Shown here piece after piece: positions 1 through 9,628 of a stretch of 40,721 bases of DNA. Source of the DNA: a virus; IMG/VR virus record IMGVR_UViG_3300029503_000002, positions 1 to 40,721 of that record, one strand, 5' to 3'. Within the stretch, counting starts at the first letter, position 1. Every line of letters begins with the position of its first letter. Both the position numbers and the translations under genes were made by a program. The notes beneath the pieces were generated by a model. The model saw nothing but the letters and a program-made list of their open reading frames with translations. It was not told where the DNA came from and searched no databases.

Positions 1-99
1 GTTCTGCCGGAGCATTATCACATTTTCGCCAACCTTCAGGCCGTTGTAAATTTTGATTTTTTTCCTGCCCTGATAGGCGTGTTTGTGGTGAGAATCAAA
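1..99. repeat. Terminal overlap copy 1 (identical to 40623-40721)
   Basis: Base-by-base reading: gttctgccggagcattatcac...gtggtgagaatcaaa occurs at both ends. Confidence 0.95.
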
Positions 100-369
100 A
101 CTATTTTCAGCCACATTTGGATGATCGTGCATAGTTTGCAAAAAATCATCGTTTACAGTATAGTGGCTAACCTCAATATCCACTTCATAATCTTTGACCG
201 CATGGGTGAGAATCAAAGCATCTTCTTTGATGGTCTGCTTTTGATTTACTTTGATCTGCAGCGGCTTTACACTGAGGACCTGTCCAAAAAGAACAATGAC
301 CGGCTTTTGGGAATTCTGTGCATCCACTGACATCTGTTTCATTGCTTCTAAAACTTCAACCGCTCCCAT
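1..369 (-). CDS. XkdR-like small baseplate/tail protein (DUF2577-like), N-terminal 123 codons; the gene continues across the circular junction to 40557
   Basis: Not in the ORF track because it runs off the window. ATG at 369-367 overlaps the TAA of the upstream gene (TAATG). Manual translation MGAVEVLEAMKQMSVDAQNSQKPVIVLFGQVLSVKPLQIKV... Joined length is 144 aa, and it sits between the XkdQ-like and XkdS-like genes. Confidence 0.7.
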   Translation of the reverse strand, partial: MGAVEVLEAMKQMSVDAQNSQKPVIVLFGQVLSVKPLQIKVNQKQTIKEDALILTHAVKDYEVDIEVSHYTVNDDFLQTMHDHPNVAENSFDSHHKHAYQGRKKIKIYNGLKVGENVIMLRQN

Positions 370-1340
370 TAGATGAACTCTCCTCCAATCAGTCTCAGGT
401 CTGCTGACCAGTGATCCGTTGTGATGTGGTGTGTTACCTTTTCCGCTACCATGTAGTTTTGGATTTTTATTTCTCCAAGGTTCAGGATCACCCCAACAGA
501 ATTTCCTGCCTGCAGTTTTCCTTTCATCACGCAGCCGCTCACATCCAAGCCCCTTGTCACTTTGTCATAATATTCAAGCAGTGCATCAGCTTTGACCTGT
601 CCGCTGGTTGGATCATTCAGCTGCTCTGTATACTGCAGAACACCCCACCGATTGATGTTTTCACTGTCCTTTGCAATATATACTTCCCTTGTTCCGGTTT
701 CCTCATTATCGTAGTATAACCGGATCTGGTTATAGGTCAGCTCATCAATGGAAGATGTGTATGTGTAGTTTTCGCCGGTCTCCTCATCAATCAGAATGTT
801 GGTTTTCATGCTTTCGATGTTTTTTAGGGTGAGTTTCCCAAAATCATCATACAGCACAAAAAGGGTCCCGGTATTCATCAGTGTGAGGTCCATTGCATTC
901 TGAATGATGTCATACAGTGTTTCCTCTTCCTCATACTGGGTCATGGAATATCCACCGCTTTCCAATGATCCAACATTGAGCCTATAATCCTCTGCAATCA
1001 TTCGTACCACATCATCTACCTGCTTGTTTTCATATTGGTAGGTGTCATTATTTTTAATCAGATACTTGATCTGGTCATAACAAGTGACTTTGATCTGGTG
1101 TGATTTGTCTCTACTTCGACTAAAAACAAACCCATAAAAAAGAGGGATGCCGTTCACCTGTAGTGAAACGGCACTTCCCTCTGCAAATTCAATTCCCTGG
1201 TCCTGTATTACTGTAAAAGTAAGCTTCCCTGGGGTGTTTTTTCGGTTTGTTTCCCATGTGATGTCATCCTTGACAGCTGGCTGGATCACAGTGTTTCCTG
1301 ATTCAATCAGCAGGACAATATCGTTTTTGTATTCGCTCAA
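369..1340 (-). CDS. XkdQ/late-control-D-like baseplate hub protein
   Basis: 323-aa ORF immediately after the LysM protein and tape measure, as in PBSX xkdO-P-Q. Start and stop overlap the neighbouring genes. Confidence 0.65.
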   Translation of the reverse strand: MSEYKNDIVLLIESGNTVIQPAVKDDITWETNRKNTPGKLTFTVIQDQGIEFAEGSAVSLQVNGIPLFYGFVFSRSRDKSHQIKVTCYDQIKYLIKNNDTYQYENKQVDDVVRMIAEDYRLNVGSLESGGYSMTQYEEEETLYDIIQNAMDLTLMNTGTLFVLYDDFGKLTLKNIESMKTNILIDEETGENYTYTSSIDELTYNQIRLYYDNEETGTREVYIAKDSENINRWGVLQYTEQLNDPTSGQVKADALLEYYDKVTRGLDVSGCVMKGKLQAGNSVGVILNLGEIKIQNYMVAEKVTHHITTDHWSADLRLIGGEFI

Positions 1341-1975
1341 AATACGATCACCTGCCCTGCTGATATGATGCTCGGATTGCTAATTCCGTTTTTCTTTGCA
1401 ACCTCAAGATATTTTTCACCGTTTCCAAGCTGTGTTTGACAGATATTATACAGCGTGTCACCTTCCCGCACAGTGTAGCTTTTAGCAGGCTGTTTTCCCC
1501 CTGCAGATACGCCTGCAGAAACCAAGCTTCCTGTTGTGCTTCCCTGCTTTATCTTAACTGTTTTTGCTCCCCAGTCTCGATACTGCAGAAAATTTGCAGT
1601 AACGGTTGTATCCATGCCCTCTTTTGCATCGTCTACAATGTTGTAATCTTCCAGTGACACATTGAGGCTTGTATCATGCAGCAGCTGTCCTCCTGGTGTC
1701 ACGCGGGACACAATGAACGGGAATACCGCTTTTTCAACTTTTAAACTTTCCAGATGTGCAAGCATGGTTGCTATATCAATGGAATTGTTGGAAAAAGTAT
1801 AGGGCGTAGCTGGTAACAAAATCGGCACGCTGAAAGAAGTTAATCCTGGTTGTTTCAGGATGTTTACTTCTCCCTCGTTTATCAGATTCACCGTTTCATT
1901 TTGATTATTGATGGTTGCTGTAATCTTGGAAGGAGTGACAGGAAGCTCCATCCCAGCAATATAAACATGATACAT
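1337..1975 (-). CDS. LysM-domain tail protein (XkdP-like)
   Basis: C-terminal LysM motif YTVREGDTLYNICQTQLGNGEKYLEVAKKNGISNPSIISAGQVIVF. Positioned after the tape measure. Confidence 0.8.
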   Translation of the reverse strand: MYHVYIAGMELPVTPSKITATINNQNETVNLINEGEVNILKQPGLTSFSVPILLPATPYTFSNNSIDIATMLAHLESLKVEKAVFPFIVSRVTPGGQLLHDTSLNVSLEDYNIVDDAKEGMDTTVTANFLQYRDWGAKTVKIKQGSTTGSLVSAGVSAGGKQPAKSYTVREGDTLYNICQTQLGNGEKYLEVAKKNGISNPSIISAGQVIVF

Positions 1976-1987
1976 CCTGTCCCCTCC

Positions 1988-3889
1988 TTATTTATGCACA
2001 CCTCTTGCAAGCATCTGCGACTGTTCATACAGCACATCAAAAACATGATTTGCAACGCCGTCAAGGTCAACTTCGGAATTAACATTGTTGTGGTTTGTCA
2101 TCTGAACAGATACATCTGCAAAGGTAAATCGGTTGATTGCCTTTTGCTCTGCAATGTCTCTCATGTATTTGAGATCCTCTTTTGTGATTTCCATTGCATC
2201 AGCCATCTTTCCGGTATTTCCGGCAACTGCTGCAAGGTCGCTGCCCATGCTTTGCAGAGGGCTTCCCACGCCATCAAACCCAAACATATCTCCGACACTT
2301 TGTTCAATGCCTTTTCCTATGTTGTATCCTGTGTTCCATGCATCACCATATTGAATTCTGTCAAGCTGAGGCGCGCTGTGTTCAACTGTGATTGCATTTT
2401 CATTTTTGCCCCAGGCAATAACATCTTGACGTAAACTTTCCAGTCCTGCCGTCCAGTCTGTGCCAAAAATAGCATCAATAATGGTAGTTACAACCTTTCC
2501 TAAGTCTAAAAACCATCCAATGATTTGTCCTATTAGGTTTGCCACTGCATCCCCAAAAGAATCAAAGCCTCCCATACAGGCATTCAAAATCCATTCAATG
2601 ATTCCGATGAATGGCGTAACAAAAGCTGACCAGATCAACTGCACAACTGAATTGATAACGCCCACAAACAGATTGATGATAAAGGCTCCTGCTGCTGTAA
2701 TTGCTCCAGTAATAATTCCAACTGCAGAAAGGGAAGCCCCTGTGAATTTGTTAATTGCCGCAATTACTGCAAAGAATGCCGCCACAAGCAGCATCACGCC
2801 CATAATAATAAGCGTTACAGGATTGGCTGCCATAACCGCATTTAGAATTGCTTGTGCTGCTGCCCATGCTTTGGTTGCTACTGTCACGCCGTTGACTGCA
2901 ATTTGATATGTCAAGAATGCTCCAACAACACCTAAAACCAATGGTCCTATGATTTCAATATTATTGGCTGTCCATGAAATCAAATCAAGGACAGGCTGCA
3001 GGGCAATCAGTGCAATGTTTTGCATCTGTGTCCAAACCTGTCCCCATGTCATTGGCATACTTTCAAACTGTTGATTGACGCTTTCTGTTGCGCTCAGCAT
3101 GGCATTTTTTACAATTTCTGCTGTGATCTGTCCTTCAGATGCCATTCCCCTGATTTTTCCAATCGGCACATTCAGATAATCTGCAATCGACTGAATGACA
3201 TTCGGTGCCTGCTCAAATACAGAGTTCAGTTCCTCACCACGCAGGACACCGGATGCCATTGCCTGTGTCAGCTGCAGAGTTGCTGCGGCTGCTCCCGCCT
3301 GATTTGCTCCAGCAATAACAAACTGTTTGTTGAGCGTTTCTGTAAACTGGATCAGTTCATCATTGGTTTTGAACGCATCTCCAGCCATCAATCCCATCTG
3401 TGAAATTGCCTGTGCAGTGTCAAGATAGGATGCTCTGGAACGCTGTGCGCTCTGCATAATTTTTTCTTCCAGAGCCTCTACGCTTCCGCCATCATCTACA
3501 ATCATTGTAAGCCTTGCTGTAGTGCTGGTCATTCTGTCAGATACACCAACCAACGTTTTTATGCCTTGTATTCCGGCATAAGCTCCCACCATGTTTTTCA
3601 AGGTGTTCATAAAACTGTTTGCCTGTCTGCTTCCTGCATTCAGACTGTTGTTCATTTTATTCTGCTCGTTGGTTGCTTTTCTGATAGAATCGTCCCAGGA
3701 TTCCATTGCAAGGCTGGCTTTTATGACTTCTTGCCTTGCCTGCTCGATCCTGCTTACATCAATTGCCTGATTTCCGGCTGCTTGCATAGATTGAAATGTA
3801 TCTAACACAATGTTCAAGGCATTGTTGATGCTTTTGAGAGGTCCGGAAACGCCGTCATAAAGCTGGATTGCAGTCTGTATTGTTGCCAT
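1988..3889 (-). CDS. Tail tape measure protein
   Basis: 633 aa with an alpha-helical N-terminus and a central run of hydrophobic Gly/Ala-rich segments. Located after the frameshifted chaperone pair. Confidence 0.85.
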   Translation of the reverse strand: MATIQTAIQLYDGVSGPLKSINNALNIVLDTFQSMQAAGNQAIDVSRIEQARQEVIKASLAMESWDDSIRKATNEQNKMNNSLNAGSRQANSFMNTLKNMVGAYAGIQGIKTLVGVSDRMTSTTARLTMIVDDGGSVEALEEKIMQSAQRSRASYLDTAQAISQMGLMAGDAFKTNDELIQFTETLNKQFVIAGANQAGAAAATLQLTQAMASGVLRGEELNSVFEQAPNVIQSIADYLNVPIGKIRGMASEGQITAEIVKNAMLSATESVNQQFESMPMTWGQVWTQMQNIALIALQPVLDLISWTANNIEIIGPLVLGVVGAFLTYQIAVNGVTVATKAWAAAQAILNAVMAANPVTLIIMGVMLLVAAFFAVIAAINKFTGASLSAVGIITGAITAAGAFIINLFVGVINSVVQLIWSAFVTPFIGIIEWILNACMGGFDSFGDAVANLIGQIIGWFLDLGKVVTTIIDAIFGTDWTAGLESLRQDVIAWGKNENAITVEHSAPQLDRIQYGDAWNTGYNIGKGIEQSVGDMFGFDGVGSPLQSMGSDLAAVAGNTGKMADAMEITKEDLKYMRDIAEQKAINRFTFADVSVQMTNHNNVNSEVDLDGVANHVFDVLYEQSQMLARGVHK

Positions 3890-3901
3890 TTCTTCCCCCT
3901 C

Positions 3902-4096
3902 CTATCTGCTTTTACGTTGACGCTCTATTTCTTTTTGCTGTTCTCTTTCCTTTTCTGCCCTGACAAGAATGGAAGCTGCAATAAAAGCCTTTTCTTTTCG
4001 TGACATTTTTAAATATTTGGACGGAAGGATGTGAAGCTCCTGTAGACAATAATGCGCCACATTCGCATCCGGGTCCCCGTCCAATATTAGTTTTTT
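3902..4096 (-). CDS. -1 frame extension of the tail assembly chaperone (GT-like product when joined to 4097-4512)
   Basis: ORF 3902-4084 is in the -1 frame relative to 4087-4512 and stays open back to the slippery heptamer. It has no RBS of its own. Confidence 0.65.
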   Translation of the reverse strand, partial: KKLILDGDPDANVAHYCLQELHILPSKYLKMSRKEKAFIAASILVRAEKEREQQKEIERQRKSR

Positions 4097-4512
4097 GCCT
4101 TTTGAATTTCAGTGTTCATCGAAGGTTCATATCCACACAGTTTTTGTACTATCTTGGTCAGTTCTGTTTTTTCTCCTGGAAGGAGCATTGTTCCCAGCAG
4201 GTCTACTGGTGTTTTCACTTTGTAGTTATCCTGCAGTTCTGCATCATACAGATCCGGATATTTTACACAGGCTGCTGTCAGCTTTGCAATATACTCAATG
4301 CCGTCCATCTGCATGGTATACTGATCTTTTTTGCCAGGAATCATAACAGATTTCGTGCATTCCGCCTTGATTTCATCATCCTCTTTGGCGTTGATTGCCT
4401 GGATCTCCCATTCCAGCGGCTTTCCCTTTTCATCTGCAAAGCGGTCAGACAGCACCACTTTGATATTTTCCGGACGTTTTACCTTTTCTTTAAAAAATGC
4501 GTTAAAGCTCAT
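4087..4512 (-). CDS. Tail assembly chaperone (XkdN-like, G-like product)
   Basis: 141 aa between the tail tube and tape measure. Ends at the slippery site. Confidence 0.7.
   Translation of the reverse strand: MSFNAFFKEKVKRPENIKVVLSDRFADEKGKPLEWEIQAINAKEDDEIKAECTKSVMIPGKKDQYTMQMDGIEYIAKLTAACVKYPDLYDAELQDNYKVKTPVDLLGTMLLPGEKTELTKIVQKLCGYEPSMNTEIQKAKN
4090..4096 (-). promoter_or_regulatory. Programmed -1 ribosomal frameshift slippery heptamer A AAA AAC
   Basis: Minus-strand codons GCA AAA AAC TAA. The X XXY YYZ heptamer sits one codon before the stop of the chaperone ORF. Confidence 0.65.
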
Positions 4513-4526
4513 GTTTTATTTCTCCT

Positions 4527-4994
4527 TTACATTCCTTCCAGTTCGTCAAACATTTCCGGCATATCCCAATCATCAAAGGTGCCAGAAATATCTTCAGTCA
4601 AGATTTCATCACCGGTCATAAACTTCGCAAGGGTGCTGTTGTCGACATAACAGCCAGTGTGCGTGATTGTCTGCCGTCCAGCTCTGGAAGATGGGTCTTC
4701 ATTTGCACACTGAATTTCCATCGGCTCAATGATTCCGGTTTTTTTATAATGCAGCAGCCATTTTCTAACAGCCGACTGGTTATAGTGGACTTTTGCTGTC
4801 CATGTTCCAGATGCACCTGTTGGCTTTTTACCTTTTGTGACCCTTCCAAGGATGGGAACATCTGCAAGGTTGATTCCCCATTTAGATTCAAACTCGGTTG
4901 CCTGCATCAGGTTGTATCTTCTGCCCATGATGGTGACATAAAATTCTGCAAGAGAACCACTGACAGCGTCTCTTGCTTCCATGGTGTTTGCCAT
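4527..4994 (-). CDS. Tail tube protein (XkdM-like)
   Basis: 155 aa directly after the sheath. N-terminus MANTMEARDAVSGSLAEFYVTI...YNLMQATEFESK is typical of the XkdM family. Confidence 0.75.
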   Translation of the reverse strand: MANTMEARDAVSGSLAEFYVTIMGRRYNLMQATEFESKWGINLADVPILGRVTKGKKPTGASGTWTAKVHYNQSAVRKWLLHYKKTGIIEPMEIQCANEDPSSRAGRQTITHTGCYVDNSTLAKFMTGDEILTEDISGTFDDWDMPEMFDELEGM

Positions 4995-5010
4995 CTATAT
5001 TCTCCCTTCC

Positions 5011-6318
5011 TTAAGACACAATGACTGCCATGTAAAGCTGGCTCATTGCATTAACCGGTGTGATACTATCAGTTACCACAATCGCTGTTTTGCTTTCGCC
5101 CTTCTCTACCTTGACATTTTCGGAATCAAAGTTTTCAATCGCTCTCATCTTCTGAAGAATGGTATGGTGGTTTACCACATCATTCCAAAAGCTGACGCGT
5201 CCGGCGGCATCATTTGGGATTTCCCCGATGTATTTGCTGTTAAACAGTGCTGCAATATCATTGCCGATCTGATCTAATACGCGGATAACCTGATTTCTTG
5301 CAAAATCTTTGCCTTTTTTCTCGGTGAATGTAGTCAATGTGTTGATATCATCAAGTACTCTCACATCACTATCCACCCGATGGAATACAAATTTACCGCT
5401 TCCCAAAACCTCTTCCAGCTGTGACTGAGTAAAGTTTACATCAATGGTAAATTCTCCATCATACATTTTGTTTGTGAGTGATTTATTGATCTCACATCCT
5501 GCCTGTGCGCCGGTTGTCCAGTATACTGCAGAGGATGCAGGCCATGAGCTGTCTTTAGTGTCGTTTTCTACCGAAACAACGCCTTCATAGTCGCTGTCAG
5601 CCTTTTTATGCAATACAACAATGAACTTGGCTCCGACCTGATCCCTCATTCGTTTCGCATAAGCTGCAAACAGCTTTTTCACTTCATCAGTTGTCGATAA
5701 ACAGCCCAAAGCGTTAAATTTATAGCTTTCCAGCGCATCCAGAGCATTTTGATACTCTGTGCCTGTTACTGGTTCGCCGTTGGTTCCACTCGCAAGCGGT
5801 GTAGAAGCTGTTGCTTCCAGGGTCAATTCTTGTTTCCAGGTGACATATTCATTGTCTACCAGTTCTTCTTTTGTTTTTACCAGCTGTTCATCTACGATCT
5901 GAAATCCCATCAAAGTCTGAACCAGATAACTACTTTCGTCATCCACATCATCTTTGATTACGATTTTAAGATCATTTCCCTTTGTTCCGCTGTATTTTGC
6001 ATCTGCAAATGTACAGGTTGCTTTTGCTCCTTTGTTCAGGCGGTAAAATAACGCTTTCTGGCAATGTTTGAACAGGTCTCTGATTCCTTTCATACGATCA
6101 TCGTCGACTGGATATCCAAAGAGCTTCAAAGAATTTCTCTGGAACTCTTCTGCAGTAACCTCAAATACTTTTCCCTCTTCGCCCCAATCAAGCTCTACTG
6201 GAAGAGCAGCAACGCCACGCTCTCCAATGGTATAAGCTCGCGCCGCCGAAACAAAGTTGATATAGGAACCGGGAAGGATTTTATTTTGTGTGGTAAAAAT
6301 ACCTCCGCCTAATGCCAT
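5011..6318 (-). CDS. Contractile tail sheath protein (XkdK-like)
   Basis: 435 aa. N-terminus MALGGGIFTTQNKILPGSYINFVSAA is characteristic of phage sheath proteins. Followed by the tube gene. Confidence 0.85.
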   Translation of the reverse strand: MALGGGIFTTQNKILPGSYINFVSAARAYTIGERGVAALPVELDWGEEGKVFEVTAEEFQRNSLKLFGYPVDDDRMKGIRDLFKHCQKALFYRLNKGAKATCTFADAKYSGTKGNDLKIVIKDDVDDESSYLVQTLMGFQIVDEQLVKTKEELVDNEYVTWKQELTLEATASTPLASGTNGEPVTGTEYQNALDALESYKFNALGCLSTTDEVKKLFAAYAKRMRDQVGAKFIVVLHKKADSDYEGVVSVENDTKDSSWPASSAVYWTTGAQAGCEINKSLTNKMYDGEFTIDVNFTQSQLEEVLGSGKFVFHRVDSDVRVLDDINTLTTFTEKKGKDFARNQVIRVLDQIGNDIAALFNSKYIGEIPNDAAGRVSFWNDVVNHHTILQKMRAIENFDSENVKVEKGESKTAIVVTDSITPVNAMSQLYMAVIVS

Positions 6319-6321
6319 TTA

Positions 6322-6483
6322 TTAAGCCCTTCCTTTCATGAATTTTTCGATCTTGCTGTCAACTTCCTGGATGGTGTATTTTTTATCATCTTCCAGAATA
6401 GCGTTGAGCAAATCGCGCCTGTGCTGATATTTTTTGGACTTTACCAGATCTTCTTTTGAAAATCTTGCTTGATTGTCCGCCAT
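6322..6483 (-). CDS. Small hypothetical protein (53 aa)
   Basis: Manual ORF below the track cutoff: MADNQARFSKEDLVKSKKYQHRRDLLNAILEDDKKYTIQEVDSKIEKFMKGRA. It fills the gap between the tail terminator and sheath genes. Confidence 0.45.
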   Translation of the reverse strand: MADNQARFSKEDLVKSKKYQHRRDLLNAILEDDKKYTIQEVDSKIEKFMKGRA

Positions 6484-6484
6484 G

Positions 6485-6904
6485 TTATCCCTCCGTTGTT
6501 ATGATCTGTGTCATCTCCTGCATCAGGTCTTTTTGCATGATTCGATTTCTTGTGATGTTGTAACTGACAAAGAAATGCAGGACACCATCCTCAATCTGCC
6601 ATCGAATTTCTGACCCTCGGATTGGTTCTTCCGGAATAATCCATTCCAGGCAGTCGAGCATCCTTTCAGCTGTTCCCTGCATATCTCTGTTATCATCCGG
6701 ATCAACCGGAAAATAATGCACATCAAACGGATTGCGCTGCAGAAAACGATTTTGCAAAAGCTGCTCTTTGGAAGCTTCCAAAACGGCAATAAAAAAGCAG
6801 GGTTCATTTAGTCCCTGCATCACGTTGTTTTGATATATCTCATACTCATCCCCAAACTCTTCATTCAGGGCCTTTGAAATACCATCCACGATTTTATTTA
6901 TCAC
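6485..6904 (-). CDS. Tail terminator/completion protein (XkdJ-like position)
   Basis: 139 aa immediately upstream of the sheath, in the head-to-tail joining block. Confidence 0.5.
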   Translation of the reverse strand: MINKIVDGISKALNEEFGDEYEIYQNNVMQGLNEPCFFIAVLEASKEQLLQNRFLQRNPFDVHYFPVDPDDNRDMQGTAERMLDCLEWIIPEEPIRGSEIRWQIEDGVLHFFVSYNITRNRIMQKDLMQEMTQIITTEG

Positions 6905-7511
6905 CGCTCATCACCTCCCTTAAAAACTTTTCAAATCTTTTCTGAATCAATCCAGGAGCCATGCTTTTAACTTCCTGCTCGGTAAAGGTCATCATAAACT
7001 TTCCGGGAGACCATGCTCTTTTCAGTTTTTTCCCGATTTGTGGAACATATCTACCTAGTGTCTGCCGGTGTCCAAACTCCACATAGCTTGCATACTCAAC
7101 CGGATTTATGATCTCCACCTCATACCCATTTGGCTTTCTGGTAATGGCTCCAATAATCCATCCCCTTCTAAGCGTTCCTCCTGTATATCCTTTCCAATAT
7201 TTGTCCAGGATTTCGCCTTCTTTGGTTCGGAATTTATATCGTTTGCCTTTTACAACCTTTGAATATGGATTCCCTTTTTTGCTTATTGCCTGAACAACCC
7301 TGTCTTCTCCTTGAACTTCTTTGTATAATGGTCCATCGAATTTTGGAGCTTTGCCGACCGGTGTTCTTTTTTTGACCTTTGCAAGAAAAATTCGGGCAAG
7401 CTCTTTTGATATTTCAATGCAAAGAGCGTCAAAGTCTGCATTAGCTGCCTGATTGATCTTCAGCTGCAGCCGTTTCAGTTCTTCAAAGTCTGTGCTTCCC
7501 CATTTAGGCAT
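6894..7511 (-). CDS. HK97 gp10-family tail component
   Basis: Start chosen at ATG 7511 (MPKWGSTDFEEL), with a GAGGTGG RBS and a TGATG overlap with the upstream stop. KRTPVGK...GGTLRRGW resembles the gp10 family. Confidence 0.6.
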   Translation of the reverse strand: MPKWGSTDFEELKRLQLKINQAANADFDALCIEISKELARIFLAKVKKRTPVGKAPKFDGPLYKEVQGEDRVVQAISKKGNPYSKVVKGKRYKFRTKEGEILDKYWKGYTGGTLRRGWIIGAITRKPNGYEVEIINPVEYASYVEFGHRQTLGRYVPQIGKKLKRAWSPGKFMMTFTEQEVKSMAPGLIQKRFEKFLREVMSGDK

Positions 7512-7879
7512 CACGCCCACCTCTTCCAGAGTTCCAAATTGATTTCCTGATGGCAGGTAAACCAACCAGGTTCTCCCGATCTGGCGAATGTGAATGTTTT
7601 TCCTTGTCGGGTGACAATGATTTTAGAACCTGCTGGGACTTCTTTTTCATTACTCAGAAACAGTTTTGCTGCTTGACCCAAGGAAGGGACGTTCCCCTCC
7701 CCTGTGGTCGAAAGCGATTCAAAAGAAAGTTTGCATGGTTCATCTTCAAAAAGAGTTTTTTCCACAAATTCTGTCAATTTGCTTTCCGGATTTTTCTCTT
7801 TGGATTGAATAATCACCGTGCATCGGTCTGTCCAAAGTTTCTGCAAGGCTCTTTTCTGTCTGGATTTCTGCCACGCCAT
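7511..7879 (-). CDS. Head closure / head-tail adaptor protein
   Basis: About 122 aa between the gp6-like connector and the gp10-like protein. ATG at 7879 overlaps the upstream TGA. Confidence 0.55.
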   Translation of the reverse strand: MAWQKSRQKRALQKLWTDRCTVIIQSKEKNPESKLTEFVEKTLFEDEPCKLSFESLSTTGEGNVPSLGQAAKLFLSNEKEVPAGSKIIVTRQGKTFTFARSGEPGWFTCHQEINLELWKRWA

Positions 7880-8247
7880 CACCACACCAGCTTTCTATAT
7901 CTGTTGAATTGATTTTCTCCATATGCAGAAAGATAATTGATAAGATATTCAGCTGTCATTGATTCTTCAGAAAAAGTGATATTCGTATCACCTTCCTGTA
8001 TCGATTTTTCAGCCTGTTCAATCTGGAATCCGCTATCTTCTAACTGCCCGGATGACTTTTTCAGCATGAGATACTGTCCAGCAATACGATATACCTCGAT
8101 TGTGTGCAGCCCTTCTGGAATTGTTTCCTGATTGATTTTGTTTTTTATGGTATCTTCTACGAGATTTATCACAAAATCAATCAGCGGGTCGCTGGCAGCT
8201 TCTGTGATGCCAAAACACGAAAGCAATTCAATTACCTTTTCTTTCAT
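7879..8247 (-). CDS. gp6-like head-tail connector protein
   Basis: 122 aa. N-terminal pattern KEKVIELLSCFGITEAASDPLIDFVINLVEDTIKNKIN is typical of the Phage_connect_1 family. Confidence 0.6.
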   Translation of the reverse strand: MKEKVIELLSCFGITEAASDPLIDFVINLVEDTIKNKINQETIPEGLHTIEVYRIAGQYLMLKKSSGQLEDSGFQIEQAEKSIQEGDTNITFSEESMTAEYLINYLSAYGENQFNRYRKLVW

Positions 8248-8255
8248 TCGATCAC

Positions 8256-8573
8256 CTACGTTGGAGAAACGATTCCAGCCGCTCTCAAAGATGAAAGAAG
8301 GCCGTTGTATTCTTCTTTGGTTACAGTTTCCCCAGATGCATCAGCCACAGCAGCAGCCATCTTAACTGCTCCAATTGCTTCCGTTGTTGCTGGAGTCAAA
8401 ACGGCATCCTTTCCCGCTGGTCCCTGAGGTCCTGTATCTCCTTTTTCACCTTGAGGGCCTGCAGGTCCCACAGTTCCATTTGTTGCGGCTTCAATTCCCT
8501 CTTCCATATGGTTCATTCTTTCAGCGGAAATCACAGTCTCATCGTTTACCCAGGTTTGTTTTTCGTAAGCCAT
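8256..8573 (-). CDS. Small protein with a collagen-like Gly-X-Y tract (possible head decoration/fibre)
   Basis: 105 aa with GPAGPQGEKGDTGPQGPAGK, six consecutive GXY triplets. The N-terminus EKQTWVNDETVISAERMNHMEEGI resembles fibre N-termini. Confidence 0.6.
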   Translation of the reverse strand: MAYEKQTWVNDETVISAERMNHMEEGIEAATNGTVGPAGPQGEKGDTGPQGPAGKDAVLTPATTEAIGAVKMAAAVADASGETVTKEEYNGLLSSLRAAGIVSPT

Positions 8574-8595
8574 TCAGATTCCCTCTTTCGCTGTA

Positions 8596-9606
8596 TTAGT
8601 CTACTACTGCATTTCCTGTTACCGCTTTTCCAGTCATTGCTGCTGCGGCGGCTGTTGTTGCGAGCCCTGTGATTACACCATGCAAGAATGCAGGACCATG
8701 ATCCAGACCAATCTGGCCATAAATCTGTTTTCTATCGGATGCACCAGTTTTTGCAAGGTCTTCCACAAACAGAACGCCCTTTCCTGGAACTTCCTGGAAT
8801 ACTGGAGCAACATGAGCCATATCAGCAACAAGGATTGTATCTTCTGGCATAAATCTATCCCAAACAATTCCCATTTTGCAAAAATCGGTTTCAAGTTCTG
8901 TAACGTTCATACCACCAACATTACGAGCTGCGCCAACGTTGTACCCCAGCTGTTTTTCATACAGAGAAGTAATCAGCTGTTTCTGGAAAGCACCGCAGAA
9001 GAGAACCATATTGTTGAAATATGCACCATTGTTTGCCATTTCAAGAAACAGTTCTTTCATCATATCTACAGTCAACAGTTTTGATCCACCCTCGATATGG
9101 GAAGCTGTTTTTGCAAGCTCAATCATACCTCTGGTTTTGTTTGCCTGACTGCCATCAGTTGTTTTATTGTATGTTCCCTGCAGGAAAGAAAACTCAACAT
9201 CTCTAGCAATTTTAATCAACTTCTGATTGATCTGCCAATCCTCTTCGCTTGCTGGGTTTGCCTGCTGTCCTGCAGTATTTAATCCACTCATTCTTCCAGA
9301 GTTTGACATTTTAGCATAAGTCAAATCAATAACTTCCTGATGAATCTGTACAACGTTGCTTTCCTGCTTTCTATCAACGTGTGAAGCTGCTGGTGCTGTA
9401 GCACTTGCCTGTTCTGAAATATTAGGCTGTGATGCATCTGGCATATCAAAAAGAATTGCCGTTGGAAATTCAAAGTTATCCGTCATCATTCCGCCTGTCA
9501 ATCCGCCTGCCATTGTCAAAAATGGGGTCTGACTGGTATCTGCTGTAAAAAGTTCGCCTGCATAGTTTGGAAGGTTCCATGTGGTTCCAAGTCCTGATAC
9601 TGCCAT
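8596..9606 (-). CDS. Major capsid protein (HK97 fold, SU10-MCP-like)
   Basis: 336 aa after the scaffold gene. N-terminal WNLPNYAGELF motif. Confidence 0.8.
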   Translation of the reverse strand: MAVSGLGTTWNLPNYAGELFTADTSQTPFLTMAGGLTGGMMTDNFEFPTAILFDMPDASQPNISEQASATAPAASHVDRKQESNVVQIHQEVIDLTYAKMSNSGRMSGLNTAGQQANPASEEDWQINQKLIKIARDVEFSFLQGTYNKTTDGSQANKTRGMIELAKTASHIEGGSKLLTVDMMKELFLEMANNGAYFNNMVLFCGAFQKQLITSLYEKQLGYNVGAARNVGGMNVTELETDFCKMGIVWDRFMPEDTILVADMAHVAPVFQEVPGKGVLFVEDLAKTGASDRKQIYGQIGLDHGPAFLHGVITGLATTAAAAAMTGKAVTGNAVVD

Positions 9607-9628
9607 ATTTTAAATTCCTCCTGTAATG

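Noticed and set aside
1-99. The 99-bp end repeat as a biological direct terminal repeat or LTR
   Set aside because: It interrupts an otherwise intact gene, and joining the ends restores the reading frame. This is the signature of a circular assembly overlap.
79-330. Plus-strand ORFs antisense to structural genes (for example 79-330, 1850-2434, 2460-2906, 4000-4650, 8680-9084, 13999-14550, 33125-33712, 37430-38422)
   Set aside because: They lie entirely inside longer minus-strand genes that have recognisable phage functions. They lack ribosome binding sites and have odd composition (Cys/Phe/Ser-rich), so they are shadow ORFs.
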